From Archangium sp. (GTDB lineage: Bacteria; Myxococcota; Myxococcia; Myxococcales; Myxococcaceae), in assembly GCA_022843845.1 (NCBI GenBank), contig JALHMW010000051.1, positions 1 through 13,563 on the forward strand: a stretch of 13,563 nucleotides of DNA. Reading direction: 5' to 3'. The stretch's first letter is position 1. The number at the start of each line of letters is the position of its first letter. Positions 5,561 to 13,563 of this stretch are shown here, one piece after another. The notes beneath the pieces are model-generated. The model made no database searches and had not been told where the DNA came from. It saw only the letters and a program-made list of their open reading frames with translations. The translations under genes and the position numbers were made by a program.

Positions 5561-6550
5561 GTGAAGAAAAGTCACGTAACGGACGCCACCGAACTTTCGA
5601 TGCTGCGAGCGATCGCCGAACGTCCTGACGACGATGCGGCTGTAGAGGTCTACGGCGATTTCTTGTCGGAACGGGATGACCCGCGTGGGGAGTTCATCGC
5701 GCTCTCGCTGGCCGAGGCGCGCGGCAAGAAGGTGAAGGGGAAGCTGAGAGCCTTCGCTCTCAAGAACCGAACGGCAATTCTGGGAGCCCTCGGAGATGCC
5801 ATCTGGCGCCTGCCGGGCTTCCGGCGCGGCCTGTTTGATGAGGTCTGTGCAGTCGGCGATCATCTGTCGCGACGTGAAGCGCTTGTCGCTGCGCTCGATT
5901 TGCGGTGGGCAACGGTTCGCAAGGTCAGGTTTCCGATCGAAGAAGACTCCTTTTCTGCGCTCGTGCTCAAGAGAGCCCCGCTGCTGGCGGTCGAGCGTCT
6001 GGAGCAGGCGCTCCCCGCTCATTTGACAGTCGCAGCCAAGCGCAGGTTTTCGTGGCGCATCACCGACATTCACCTCACTCGCGTCGAAGAGACGTTGACC
6101 GCGATCGAAGGGGACGCCTTCCCGCTTCTCCGTAACCTCGAGATCGGGGGGCTGAGAGAACAGTTGGACGACGCGCCCACGGAATGGGTTGCGTGGCCAT
6201 CAGGCCTTTCTCAGAAACTCTGGAACTGCCCGATGTTCAGGCAAGTACACGTGTTGAAGATTGGACCCATCGAGCACACCCTGATTGGTGAGTTCATCCA
6301 GCAGTGCACGAAGTTGGTCGAACTACGGGAATTCGAGTTGACCGTCCCTTCGCTCGTCCTGCATGGGCGCCGACTTGGCGCGCACTTCGAGTTGAGCGTT
6401 GAGGTCGCGCCAGATCTCCTCCCAGAAGTCGATATCGAGGGAGTGTTGGCTCAGCTCTCGAAGGTGCGGTTGGTGGGCGTCAGGGTCGAGGGGCCGGCGC
6501 GCGATCCACTGACGAATCGGGTTCGAGCCGCTCTCCGCGCCCTACGATGA
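5561..6550 (+). CDS. TIGR02996 (repeat-companion) domain protein, 329 aa
   Basis: ORF track entry with a GTG start preceded by AGAGG. The N-terminus LSMLRAIAERPDDDAAVEVYGDFLSERDDPRGEFIALS matches my recollection of the TIGR02996 consensus (LLaAI.a.PdDd..RLVYADWLEE.GDP.RaEFIrLq), a family abundant in Gemmata and myxobacteria. It is the only gene on the opposite strand inside the tail block and is visibly less G/C-rich in places. Confidence 0.8.
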   Translation: MKKSHVTDATELSMLRAIAERPDDDAAVEVYGDFLSERDDPRGEFIALSLAEARGKKVKGKLRAFALKNRTAILGALGDAIWRLPGFRRGLFDEVCAVGDHLSRREALVAALDLRWATVRKVRFPIEEDSFSALVLKRAPLLAVERLEQALPAHLTVAAKRRFSWRITDIHLTRVEETLTAIEGDAFPLLRNLEIGGLREQLDDAPTEWVAWPSGLSQKLWNCPMFRQVHVLKIGPIEHTLIGEFIQQCTKLVELREFELTVPSLVLHGRRLGAHFELSVEVAPDLLPEVDIEGVLAQLSKVRLVGVRVEGPARDPLTNRVRAALRALR

Positions 6551-6607
6551 ATCGGGCCTGCGGGGCTGCCTGAGCGTTTCGCTTTCGGGCCTCGTCCTCC
6601 AACAGCT

Positions 6608-7921
6608 TCAGTGAAGATCCGTGTTGGCGCTGAGGTCGCTGAGCCCCAGCTCCCAATGGTCGGGCACGATCGGTGGGAACGGCTCGACGAGGTCCACGAA
6701 GTGGGTGTGCGCGGGCTTCAGATACTCGACGATGGCGCGCAGGTGCTTCCGCTCGGTCGGCGTGAGGATGCGCGAGACGACGACGTTGAACGCGTACTTC
6801 GCGAAGCGGCCTGAGGGGCCGAGCACCCAGTCGACTCCGAGGAGTGACTCGCCCAGCAGGAGCGTGTCGGCGTTGAACGCGGTGATGGCGACGATATTGA
6901 TGCCGAGGAAGAAGCGCACCGCGTTCTTGATGCCCTGCACGGTTCCCTTCTGGCGGTACATCTCGACCAGCACGGCCGCGAGCCGCCGCTTGCCCCTCAC
7001 GTCGAGGTCGAACGGGAACGGGTTGCCCAGGTCCTGAAGGATGAGGTCGAGGAACGGCTCCGGCGCACGCTCGAGGTCGAAGATGTCGGGCCAGCGGTCG
7101 AGGTCGGCAAGGAGGAGGTCTGTCACTTCCTGCAGGCACGAGATGAAGCGCAGGAGGTCTCCGGTCGTGTCGTCGCGGCGGTTGTGCTTCGGGAGCATCT
7201 GCCAGAGGTCGAACCGTCGCGACGCCGGCCTCGCTGGTCTGAAGCCCTTGAAGCAGGCTTTGTCGAACGGCGGCAGCACCGCGTTCCCGGCGACGTCGGT
7301 CACACCAAGCACCTGCAGCTCGTGTTCGACGTCGGGAGACATCTCCACGTCGAGTGAGACGGTCAGGCGGTTCACTTCGCTGGCCAGGTGCACTGCGCTC
7401 ACCGGGACCGCTGGCGCGCCGATGGGCGTCACGAGCACAATCGCGCCGGAAGCCTCTACCGGCTCGTCGAATACGAGCCGGACCTGCTTCTGAGAGATCG
7501 CCTGCGCGCTCGCCAGTCGCGGCGCCACCCGGTCTTCCACCGTGAAGCTGTAGGTCTCATCGAGTGACTGCCCGCCAACAACGATGCGTGAGGCGACCCG
7601 GACCGTGACGCGCGCGAGGCTGACCAGGGGCGCGGGCGGCGTGACAACCACGCGGAGGCTGTCAGGCGACTGCGCGACCACCGCAGCGAACGGCGGCACC
7701 GGCGCACCATCGAACGCGAGCACCCCGTCCACCCAGATGCGTGTGGCGCTCGTGTCGATGCCGGCGGCGCCCGGGTCGACGAGCTCGAGCGTGAGCGGCG
7801 AATCGATGGGAACGCCCACCTCACCCGGAGACGGGTCTCGGTTGATGAGCAGCGGCCGCGCCACGCTCGTGATGAGCGTGACCGATTGCACCTGCACGCT
7901 TGTCAGTTCGATGGTCGCCAT
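6608..7921 (-). CDS. Baseplate wedge protein, P2 gpI-like C-terminal domain with two N-terminal Ig-like domains, 437 aa
   Basis: ORF track entry. The C-terminal roughly 200 aa reads [28 protein letters not shown]...[59 protein letters not shown], which fits the Tail_P2_I pattern. The N-terminal roughly 230 aa shows two SbsA/Big-type Ig-like units ([19 protein letters not shown]...YSFTV; [10 protein letters not shown]...[14 protein letters not shown]). The ATG lies 3 nt after the upstream stop. Confidence 0.8.
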   Translation of the reverse strand: MATIELTSVQVQSVTLITSVARPLLINRDPSPGEVGVPIDSPLTLELVDPGAAGIDTSATRIWVDGVLAFDGAPVPPFAAVVAQSPDSLRVVVTPPAPLVSLARVTVRVASRIVVGGQSLDETYSFTVEDRVAPRLASAQAISQKQVRLVFDEPVEASGAIVLVTPIGAPAVPVSAVHLASEVNRLTVSLDVEMSPDVEHELQVLGVTDVAGNAVLPPFDKACFKGFRPARPASRRFDLWQMLPKHNRRDDTTGDLLRFISCLQEVTDLLLADLDRWPDIFDLERAPEPFLDLILQDLGNPFPFDLDVRGKRRLAAVLVEMYRQKGTVQGIKNAVRFFLGINIVAITAFNADTLLLGESLLGVDWVLGPSGRFAKYAFNVVVSRILTPTERKHLRAIVEYLKPAHTHFVDLVEPFPPIVPDHWELGLSDLSANTDLH

Positions 7922-7924
7922 GGT

Positions 7925-8287
7925 TCAGACGAGCTCGAGGCGAACGCCGACCGTGTGCGGTCCAGCCAGCTTCGACACGTTCGCGGCGAGGTCCTCGAGA
8001 GAGCGCTTAGTCCCTGGGCGGAGGGTGACTCCCGCGGACTTCACGCCATCGACGACGATGGAGACCTCCCACGCGAATCCTGGCGGCATGAGTGTCGGTG
8101 TTCGCACCTTCATCGACGTGCGCACGAGCGTCACGCCGGTGAGGTCCACCACCTGCGTCACCTCGACGTGGTCACCGTGCGCGAGCTCGAAGGTCCGACC
8201 AGGCTCGTCATCACCAAGGACGAACACGCCCGGCCCGAGCCGCCCCTGGCCCTCGCCGAGACGACTGGTGAACGCGGTCAGCTCCAT
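7925..8287 (-). CDS. Hypothetical beta-rich protein, 120 aa
   Basis: ORF track entry with strong G/C third-position bias. Only 3-nt gaps separate it from both neighbours, consistent with an operon member. I recognised no family. Confidence 0.65.
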   Translation of the reverse strand: MELTAFTSRLGEGQGRLGPGVFVLGDDEPGRTFELAHGDHVEVTQVVDLTGVTLVRTSMKVRTPTLMPPGFAWEVSIVVDGVKSAGVTLRPGTKRSLEDLAANVSKLAGPHTVGVRLELV

Positions 8288-8290
8288 GCC

Positions 8291-8986
8291 TCACACCTGA
8301 CGGAAGAGTTCGAGGTGGTCGAAGTACGTGCGCCGCGTGACGTCCTTCACCGACATGCCGAAGCCGCCTCGCCCGGAGGTGAGCGGCTGACTCCCCGAGT
8401 TGATGCCGAGCTGGTCGTCGATGAACTGCACCATCCCCGCGACCGGCTGCCAGTTGGGAGCCGTCCCCAGCGGGTGCGCCGCCAGGTCGTTCGAGAGCAC
8501 CTTCAACACCACGTCGCCGTTCGTGTTCACGATGACGTCGAGGCGGAGGTGCACCCACGTCCCCTGCGCGAAGCTCGCCGCCGACTTGAGCAGCACGCCC
8601 GGTCCGTCGGCGTCTGGCAGTCCCACCGCGATGGCTCCCTTGCGGAGCACGACGCGATGCGGGTCGTCGTCCGAGAGCCCGAGCATGTACGCGCTGTCGT
8701 TCACCGAGTTCCCCTGGCAGCAGAGGAAGAGGAACGGAGAGAAGCCGGTCGGGCCTCCGCCGGCGCCGCGTTGGAGGCAGCCGCGAATCGAACCGCCCTT
8801 CGCCATCGGCGCGAAGCTGGCGAGGTTCGCGAACAGGCCGACCGCTCCCTGCACCGCCGCGAGCGAGTTGAAGCCGAACAGGAAGTTCCAGCCGCCAGGT
8901 GGCGTCGCGATGCCTGCCGTTACGCCGCGGTCCACGGCCGCGAGGTCGAGCCCGTTGTTGAGGTACGTCCAGTCCGTCTCGGCCAT
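8291..8986 (-). CDS. Hypothetical protein with a putative concanavalin A-like/LamG jelly-roll fold, 231 aa
   Basis: ORF track entry. The ATG is preceded by GGGAGG. The pattern GTWVHLRLDVIVNTNGDVVLKVLSND...FIDD...GRGGFGMSV...YFDHLELF resembles LamG/DUF1080-type lectin folds. The fold call is tentative; the CDS call is firmer. Confidence 0.65.
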   Translation of the reverse strand: MAETDWTYLNNGLDLAAVDRGVTAGIATPPGGWNFLFGFNSLAAVQGAVGLFANLASFAPMAKGGSIRGCLQRGAGGGPTGFSPFLFLCCQGNSVNDSAYMLGLSDDDPHRVVLRKGAIAVGLPDADGPGVLLKSAASFAQGTWVHLRLDVIVNTNGDVVLKVLSNDLAAHPLGTAPNWQPVAGMVQFIDDQLGINSGSQPLTSGRGGFGMSVKDVTRRTYFDHLELFRQV

Positions 8987-8998
8987 GCGGGCCTCCCG

Positions 8999-9457
8999 TC
9001 AGAGCGTTGCGGCGCGCGGCCACGCACCGGAAAAGGTCTCAGTCGGTGCTGCGGAACTGCCCACGCCGCTCCAGTCGGCGACGAAGCCGGTCCGCGCGAA
9101 CGGTTCAGTGAGTCCTGGCGTCGACGAGACACGGCTCCAGTCGTCGAGCCACGACGAGGAACGCGTCCAAGTCTCGACGTCGCGCCCACCGAAGGAGCAC
9201 GCCACCACACGGCCCGTCGGCAGCGTGAAGAGGAACGGGCGCTCGAACTCCTCGAAGCCGTCTCGGCCGAAGAACGCGCGCACCACCGCGAGGCCTGCGA
9301 GCGAAGCCAGGAAGGAACTCCAACGTTCGAAGTCCTCCCGACCGACTCCGCCGAACGCCGCGATGGCTTCGAGGCGCGTCACCGCGGTGATGGTCCAGCG
9401 CGCCGCCTCTCCAGGAAGCGCGCCCGGGTCGGCGAAGGTCGGGTTGAGGAGCGCCAT
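8999..9457 (-). CDS. Hypothetical Trp-repeat protein, 152 aa
   Basis: This is the internal ATG 9455-9457 of the listed 8999..9862 ORF, and it overlaps the gpJ-like stop (ATGA, 9455-9459). Translation is [26 protein letters not shown]... It carries repeated acidic-x-W motifs (EDFERW, EEFERP, DVETW, LDDW, VADW, SGAW). The longer ORF overlaps the J gene out of frame and is Arg-rich. Confidence 0.65.
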   Translation of the reverse strand: MALLNPTFADPGALPGEAARWTITAVTRLEAIAAFGGVGREDFERWSSFLASLAGLAVVRAFFGRDGFEEFERPFLFTLPTGRVVACSFGGRDVETWTRSSSWLDDWSRVSSTPGLTEPFARTGFVADWSGVGSSAAPTETFSGAWPRAATL

Positions 9458-10962
9458 CAGAGCAACTCCCCCGTGTCGCCGTTGCGAAGCGACACCGTGC
9501 CCAGCACCGGGAACTCGCGCACGTTGAGCTTCACGTCGGCCGGCAGCCCGTTGAGCGTGAGGTCGAGCCGCGCGTCGCCCATCTTCCGAACGCCCCACGT
9601 GTCGCGGATGACGTTGAAGACGTCGCTCCAGGCGACTTCGCCGACGGGGTTTCCCTCGGAGTCTTTGATGTTGAAGCCGAAGTCGACGTTCGGGTTGGGC
9701 GTGCCGTCGGGCTCCGTGACGCGGAACCACGCAGCGAGGTTGGCGCGAATCGCGTCGCGAACCACGTTCGGGCTCGCGCCCTGGCGAAGGAACACGCGCG
9801 CGGAGAGGTCGAGGCGCCGGTACACCGGGTCCTGCACCGCGACCTGGAACGTCAGCGTGCACGGGTACGCCTCGGTCACCTGCCGGAGCACCTGCGCCTT
9901 GAGCGCCGGCGTGGGGAGCCCTCCGCCGCGGGGGACGACGTAGAGGATGCCGGTGTTCTCTCCGATGGAGAGGTCTTCGTTCGAGGTGAGCATCAACGCG
10001 CGCGCGACTCCGGTGAGGCGGCGGGCGTTGATCTCGAAGTCCTCGCGGGCGACGGTTCGCGTGAGCGCGCGCAGGCTCTCGGGAGCGAGCAGCTTGGCCG
10101 AGGCGATGCTCTGTCGGTCGGCTCCACCTGAGGCCGAGCGCGGGTTGCGCACCGAGAGCTGAACGAGCCCGCCGTTCGCGTCGCGGAAGTTCCCCTCGAG
10201 CACCACGAGGCGCTGGGCGTCGACGTTGCCCGTGGAGCCGCCTCCAGTCTTGTACGTGACCGAGATGGTGCCAGTCGGTGGGAGGCCGCTCCCGCCGCTG
10301 CCGAACCGGAGCGTCGCGAGGTCGTTCTGGTCGACGGTCGCGACGAAGTGCCGGTCGTTCGGGCCGGAGTTGAGGAAGCTGTCGACCTCGGTGAACGGGC
10401 CTTGTGGCGTCGTGACGACCGCGGAGCCGTCGAGATACGGGCCGAAGTCCAACGGCAGCGAGAGGTCAGCGAGCCCCTGCGCGTCGAAGAGTTGGCGCTG
10501 CGTCTTCGAGTGTTCGCCGATGCCGTTCGCCTGCGTCACTCCCGCGGCGACAGTCACCGGAGCGAGTAGCTGGAAGCGAACCGGGTCGGTCACCTCCTGC
10601 GTGCGAATGATGGTCCCCGCGGGGATGGTGACCGGCGCCTGCGCGGGGCGTGCGAGTCGAAACTCGAGCTCGGCCGTCGCCGGTTGCGCGCCGCTCAGGC
10701 GGTACCCGAGCATCTTCGCCAGGGCCATGACGTTCTTGCGCTGCGTGGCCGTGACGAGCCGCGACTCCCGCGCGAGGTTGTCCTGGTAGAAGGTCAGCAC
10801 GTCGCCGACGAAGGCGAACATCTCGACGAGCAAGTTGCCGAAGCTCGCGACGTCGAAGTCGGTCCAGTCAGGGAAAACGCTCTTCAGCAGCGCGATGAGC
10901 CGCGCGCGCAGCGAGTCGAAGTCCTTGTCGGTGTAGTCGACCGATGGAGGGAGCGAGGCCAC
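9457..10962 (-). CDS. Baseplate_J-like protein (P2 gpJ / Mu gp47 / T4 gp6 family), 501 aa
   Basis: ORF track entry with a GTG start. The N-terminus [83 protein letters not shown] is a close match to the Baseplate_J consensus as I recall it. Size and operon position fit. Confidence 0.9.
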   Translation of the reverse strand: MASLPPSVDYTDKDFDSLRARLIALLKSVFPDWTDFDVASFGNLLVEMFAFVGDVLTFYQDNLARESRLVTATQRKNVMALAKMLGYRLSGAQPATAELEFRLARPAQAPVTIPAGTIIRTQEVTDPVRFQLLAPVTVAAGVTQANGIGEHSKTQRQLFDAQGLADLSLPLDFGPYLDGSAVVTTPQGPFTEVDSFLNSGPNDRHFVATVDQNDLATLRFGSGGSGLPPTGTISVTYKTGGGSTGNVDAQRLVVLEGNFRDANGGLVQLSVRNPRSASGGADRQSIASAKLLAPESLRALTRTVAREDFEINARRLTGVARALMLTSNEDLSIGENTGILYVVPRGGGLPTPALKAQVLRQVTEAYPCTLTFQVAVQDPVYRRLDLSARVFLRQGASPNVVRDAIRANLAAWFRVTEPDGTPNPNVDFGFNIKDSEGNPVGEVAWSDVFNVIRDTWGVRKMGDARLDLTLNGLPADVKLNVREFPVLGTVSLRNGDTGELL

Positions 10963-11014
10963 CCAGCCGCAAAGGCGTTCAGCATGCCGGGGCGGGACTA
11001 CTTGGTGCTCGGGC

Positions 11015-11917
11015 TCAGGAAGCCGAAGAACTGTCCTGGCGCGAAGCCCACGTCTCGTAGGCCAGTCTCATTTGTTCGGCTGCCTCGACGGGGTCAACTT
11101 GGCCGACGCCAGTGCAGAGCCCCGGGCAGAACAGGTGCTGAACGTTCTCTTCGCTCGCACGACGAAGGATCGCGGCCATCGCCCGGCGGGCGTTGATCGC
11201 AGGAACCGACTCCGGGTGCTCCATTGTTGGCGCGACAATCAAGCGGTGGACCCGGGGATGGTTCACCCGAACACTCAGTGAGGCTCCGACGGCGAGTCCA
11301 CCGGCGGACCACGACACACGTTTTCGAATCTCGGCCTCGATCGAAGCGCCAAAGACCCGGACATACGCGGCGTCGATCCCGCCATCCATGAAGCCCGCCG
11401 AGTTCGCAGGCGAGACGACGGTGTCGTGCGCTTCGACCAGCAGGTCGGCACACTTCACTTCGACCTCGGGAAAGCCCGCAAATGATGTGTGGAGCGCGTT
11501 GGCGACGTCCTCGTCATGGTCGATCAAGTGCAGTTGGAGCCGACGAGGTCGCGCGCTGGGCGCGAAGGCACTCACGAGAGCATTGATGAATTGCGCAGCG
11601 GGAGCGCGCGCGTCGTGCGCGTAGAAGCGCACGACGAGTTCGACAGCTTCGTCGGTTGCCCCACGATCCAACAGGTCAGGCAGTTGGTCTCTGAGTGGTG
11701 TTGGATTCGCTGCCACCAGTTCGACGAACCCCTTCGCGGTCGCGAGATCGGCTCCGGTCACGCCTCTGAAGGCGCTGATCGAGGGAATGGGGAGGTTATT
11801 CGCAACTACCTTGAAGAGCCACGCGCGCAGTCCTTCGTCGTGGCACCGCGTCGGCGTCCAGTCGGCCAATGCCGCGAACACCTCGAGCGGAGTCATCGCT
11901 GCTGTGATGTGTCGCAC
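11015..11917 (-). CDS. Macro-domain protein: about 125-aa helical N-terminal domain of unknown function plus a C-terminal macro domain, 300 aa
   Basis: ORF track entry starting at GTG; the alternative ATG at 11894-11896 gives MTPLEVF. The C-terminal part (nt about 11048-11536) reads [26 protein letters not shown]...LIVAPTM...[26 protein letters not shown]. This matches the ADP-ribose-binding macro signature (N-x-x-N...GG-[IV]-D and the P-G-x-x-T-G-x-G loop). It is flanked by 37-nt and 52-nt gaps, and it has visibly more A/T-ending codons than the flanking W-like and J-like genes. Confidence 0.8.
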   Translation of the reverse strand: MRHITAAMTPLEVFAALADWTPTRCHDEGLRAWLFKVVANNLPIPSISAFRGVTGADLATAKGFVELVAANPTPLRDQLPDLLDRGATDEAVELVVRFYAHDARAPAAQFINALVSAFAPSARPRRLQLHLIDHDEDVANALHTSFAGFPEVEVKCADLLVEAHDTVVSPANSAGFMDGGIDAAYVRVFGASIEAEIRKRVSWSAGGLAVGASLSVRVNHPRVHRLIVAPTMEHPESVPAINARRAMAAILRRASEENVQHLFCPGLCTGVGQVDPVEAAEQMRLAYETWASRQDSSSAS

Positions 11918-11954
11918 CAGACTGAGGTTACTCCAGCCAAACGCCAGGTCGGAG

Positions 11955-12335
11955 TCACTGCTCCAGGTTCATCGGAACGTCGACTTCCACAAGAGACGAT
12001 TCGCCGAGAACCTCGACATGGATTCGAATGAGGTCGTGCGCCGATGCAGCCGCGATCTTCCCGATGCTGATCTCAGGCAGCCAGCGGCTGAGTGCGTCGC
12101 GGACCCGGACTCGAATGAGTTCGGCGAGCACAGCGTCGTTCGAACGGTGTCGCAGAAGGCCAAGGCCCGCGCCGAAGTTCGTTCGCCACGCGAGTTCTCC
12201 TGATGACTTTGGCGTCGCGCCATCAGTGAGCAGCACCTGGCGCACTTTCGAAGCGAGCAGCGTCTTCCCCTCGCCAGTCGCGAGGTCGCGCTTGCGGTCA
12301 CGCCGAAACGGGATGAGCAGGTTGCGCGCGACCAT
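11955..12335 (-). CDS. Baseplate wedge protein, GPW/gp25-like, 126 aa
   Basis: ORF track entry. The motifs SKVRQVLLTDGATPKSSGELAWRTNFGAGLGLLRHRSND and RDALSRWLPEISI match the gp25/gpW consensus (I.qsI..iL.T..GER...p.FG..L..l.f ... aL..wEPRi). The size is typical. The ATG overlaps the upstream stop (ATGA 12333-12337). Confidence 0.85.
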   Translation of the reverse strand: MVARNLLIPFRRDRKRDLATGEGKTLLASKVRQVLLTDGATPKSSGELAWRTNFGAGLGLLRHRSNDAVLAELIRVRVRDALSRWLPEISIGKIAAASAHDLIRIHVEVLGESSLVEVDVPMNLEQ

Positions 12336-13015
12336 CAGGGCACCGGGATTGAGCTGCGCAGTTGCTGCAGCGTCTCCACGAGGTCATCGAGCGGCTTCAC
12401 CGCCTCGTCGAGGGGCTTGCCAGACAGCGACGACAGGTCGGGCACCTTCGGACCGCCGATCATCGACGTGAAGATGCTGAGGATGCCGAGCAGCGTCCCC
12501 ACGGCGCCGAGGCCTTTGCTGAGGTTGGCGGCCTCCTGCTCGATGTTGGCGCGCGCGCAGGCGGCGACCGCAGCGAGGCCAGGGTCGTTCAGCTCCGCGG
12601 CGCGCTGCGTGAGCAAGGCGAGGCGCTGGGCCGAGCGCGCCAGGAACACCAGCTGGTCGCGGAGCCTCCCGAGTGTGTCGAGGATGAGGTCGACCACTCC
12701 GAGGATCGTGTACGGCAACGACAGCTGGGGCACGAGGCGGAGCAGCTTCGAGACCTTCTTCGTCATCTCGACGATGGCGCTCACAAGCTTCGTCGGGTCT
12801 GGAGGCGGGCCGAGCGACTCGGGGATCGCCTTCACCGTGTTGAACACGGCGATGACGGCATCGAGGATGTTGAACACCGGCATGAGGGGCGTGAGCGCCG
12901 GCTGGATGACCTTGATGAGGTCCTGCTGCTGCATGGTGATGCCGCCTGGGAGCGTCATCGTCAGCGGCTCAGGAACTGCCGGAAGGCGAATGAGGGGCGG
13001 AAGCACGAAGTGCAA
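12335..13015 (-). CDS. Hypothetical alpha-helical protein with hydrophobic segments, up to 226 aa; first gene of the minus-strand operon
   Basis: ORF track entry starting at TTG; the in-frame ATGs MTLPGG and MQQQDL are alternatives. Hydrophobic stretches include PALTPLMPVFNILDAVIAVFNTV and GLGAVGTLLGILSIFTSMIGG. It is coupled to the gpW-like gene. It is not OB-fold or spike-like by composition. Confidence 0.6.
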   Translation of the reverse strand: MHFVLPPLIRLPAVPEPLTMTLPGGITMQQQDLIKVIQPALTPLMPVFNILDAVIAVFNTVKAIPESLGPPPDPTKLVSAIVEMTKKVSKLLRLVPQLSLPYTILGVVDLILDTLGRLRDQLVFLARSAQRLALLTQRAAELNDPGLAAVAACARANIEQEAANLSKGLGAVGTLLGILSIFTSMIGGPKVPDLSSLSGKPLDEAVKPLDDLVETLQQLRSSIPVP

Positions 13016-13083
13016 CGACTTCGAGGGGAGCGCTGAGGGACAGGCTGTTCTTTCGCGTCAGTCGATCGGCGAGAATCCCGCCC

Positions 13084-13359
13084 ATGGGTAGCGAGGCGAC
13101 GTTCGTCGTTGCAGATACGTTCTTGATCGAGGGACGAAGGCTCGTCCTCGTTCCGGGCTTCTCCTTCGCCGCTGGCTCAATACGCGTCGGCGACAAGGTT
13201 CGACTTCTTCGACCCGATGGCACGACTTCAGTGACGACCATCGCCGGCCTTGAGATGATCAACACGGGTCGTCCTCTCGAAGCCGCACCTGTGTCGTTGC
13301 GTGGCGTTGTGAAGTCCGACGTGCCGATTGGAACCGTGGTGACAATCATGGCTGAGTGA
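13084..13359 (+). CDS. Small stand-alone beta-barrel protein resembling EF-Tu domain II, 91 aa
   Basis: ORF track entry with an ATG start. FVVADTFLIEGRRLVLVPGFSFAAGSIRVGDKVRLLRPDGTTSVTTIAGLEMINTGRPLEAAPVSLRGVVKSDVPIGTVV aligns by eye with EF-Tu domain 2 (F.mpVeDvF.I.GRGtVvtGrve.G.ikvGdeVei......... t.vtGvEMf.k.l.eA.aGdnvG.lLrG....di.rG.Vl). It is divergent from the tail operon and less G/C-rich. Confidence 0.6.
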   Translation: MGSEATFVVADTFLIEGRRLVLVPGFSFAAGSIRVGDKVRLLRPDGTTSVTTIAGLEMINTGRPLEAAPVSLRGVVKSDVPIGTVVTIMAE

Positions 13360-13563
13360 TTGCTCAGATCGGGTCGGTTGTCGGACGAACGACGCGGCCG
13401 GCGATCGTGACCAGTGGGGCGTCGATCGAGATGGCACCCACAGCCTTAGCCCGGATGATTCACGGCACAGCGAGTTGAGCGACAAAGTGTAGGAGCCAGA
13501 AGAGAGAAGGAACGCGGGAGATCCGATCGGTGTTGGGACTGCGACCAAGCAAATCCTCGCACC

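Noticed and set aside
6551-6607. A bidirectional terminator between the convergent TIGR02996 and gpI-like genes.
   Set aside because: Only a 4-bp AGCG-TTT-CGCT stem and an 8-nt direct repeat (tcgggcct) are present. There is no convincing hairpin.
7886-9943. 685-aa plus-strand ORF, the longest in the track. The same applies to the other long plus-strand ORFs: 1202..2368, 2381..3346, 4262..5470, 8400..9527, 10684..11196, 11489..12031, 12362..13036 and 12417..13091.
   Set aside because: They are antisense shadows of recognisable minus-strand genes (J-like, LamG-like, fibre, GT-like and others). Their translations are Arg/Ala/Gly/Glu-rich low-complexity strings with no motifs. Such long spurious antisense ORFs are expected in high-GC DNA.
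13360-13563. ORF 13228..13548 (minus) and possible gene fragments at the right edge.
   Set aside because: It overlaps the EF-Tu-domain-II-like gene antisense and has poor third-position bias. A possible GTG start near 13531 after GGGAG leaves too little sequence to judge.

Overview
High-GC window, with visibly G/C-rich third codon positions. It is dominated by one minus-strand gene set encoding a P2/Mu-type contractile-tail baseplate and fibre. In transcription order (high to low coordinates): a 226-aa helical/hydrophobic protein, a gp25/gpW-like protein, a macro-domain protein, a Baseplate_J-like protein, three small beta-rich proteins (one LamG/ConA-like), a P2 gpI-like protein with an Ig-like N-terminal extension, and then an accessory block. 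That block holds an opposite-strand TIGR02996-type gene, a GT-B glycosyltransferase-like gene, a PTH2-like peptidyl-tRNA-hydrolase-fold ORF, a 121-aa ORF and a tRNA-like gene. After the block come a 631-aa tail fibre, a coupled zinc-ribbon ORF, two small coupled ORFs and a partial DUF2924-like ORF at the left edge. No sheath, tube, spike, tape-measure, capsid, lysis or integrase gene is visible, so I cannot tell whether this is a prophage, a tailocin or an eCIS-like element. The TIGR02996-type gene and the codon bias suggest a Myxococcota- or Planctomycetota-like host (inference only). The most unusual content has three parts. (1) A tightly packed PTH2-like ORF, 121-aa ORF and tRNA-like gene; the cloverleaf is intact except for a 9-nt anticodon loop, and the PTH2-like frame has no canonical in-frame start. 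(2) A macro-domain (ADP-ribose binding/hydrolase fold) gene, set off by non-coding gaps, between the otherwise translationally coupled gpW-like and gpJ-like genes. (3) Three extra genes separating gpJ-like from gpI-like. All family assignments come from reading motifs by eye and recollection of family consensus; no searches were run.
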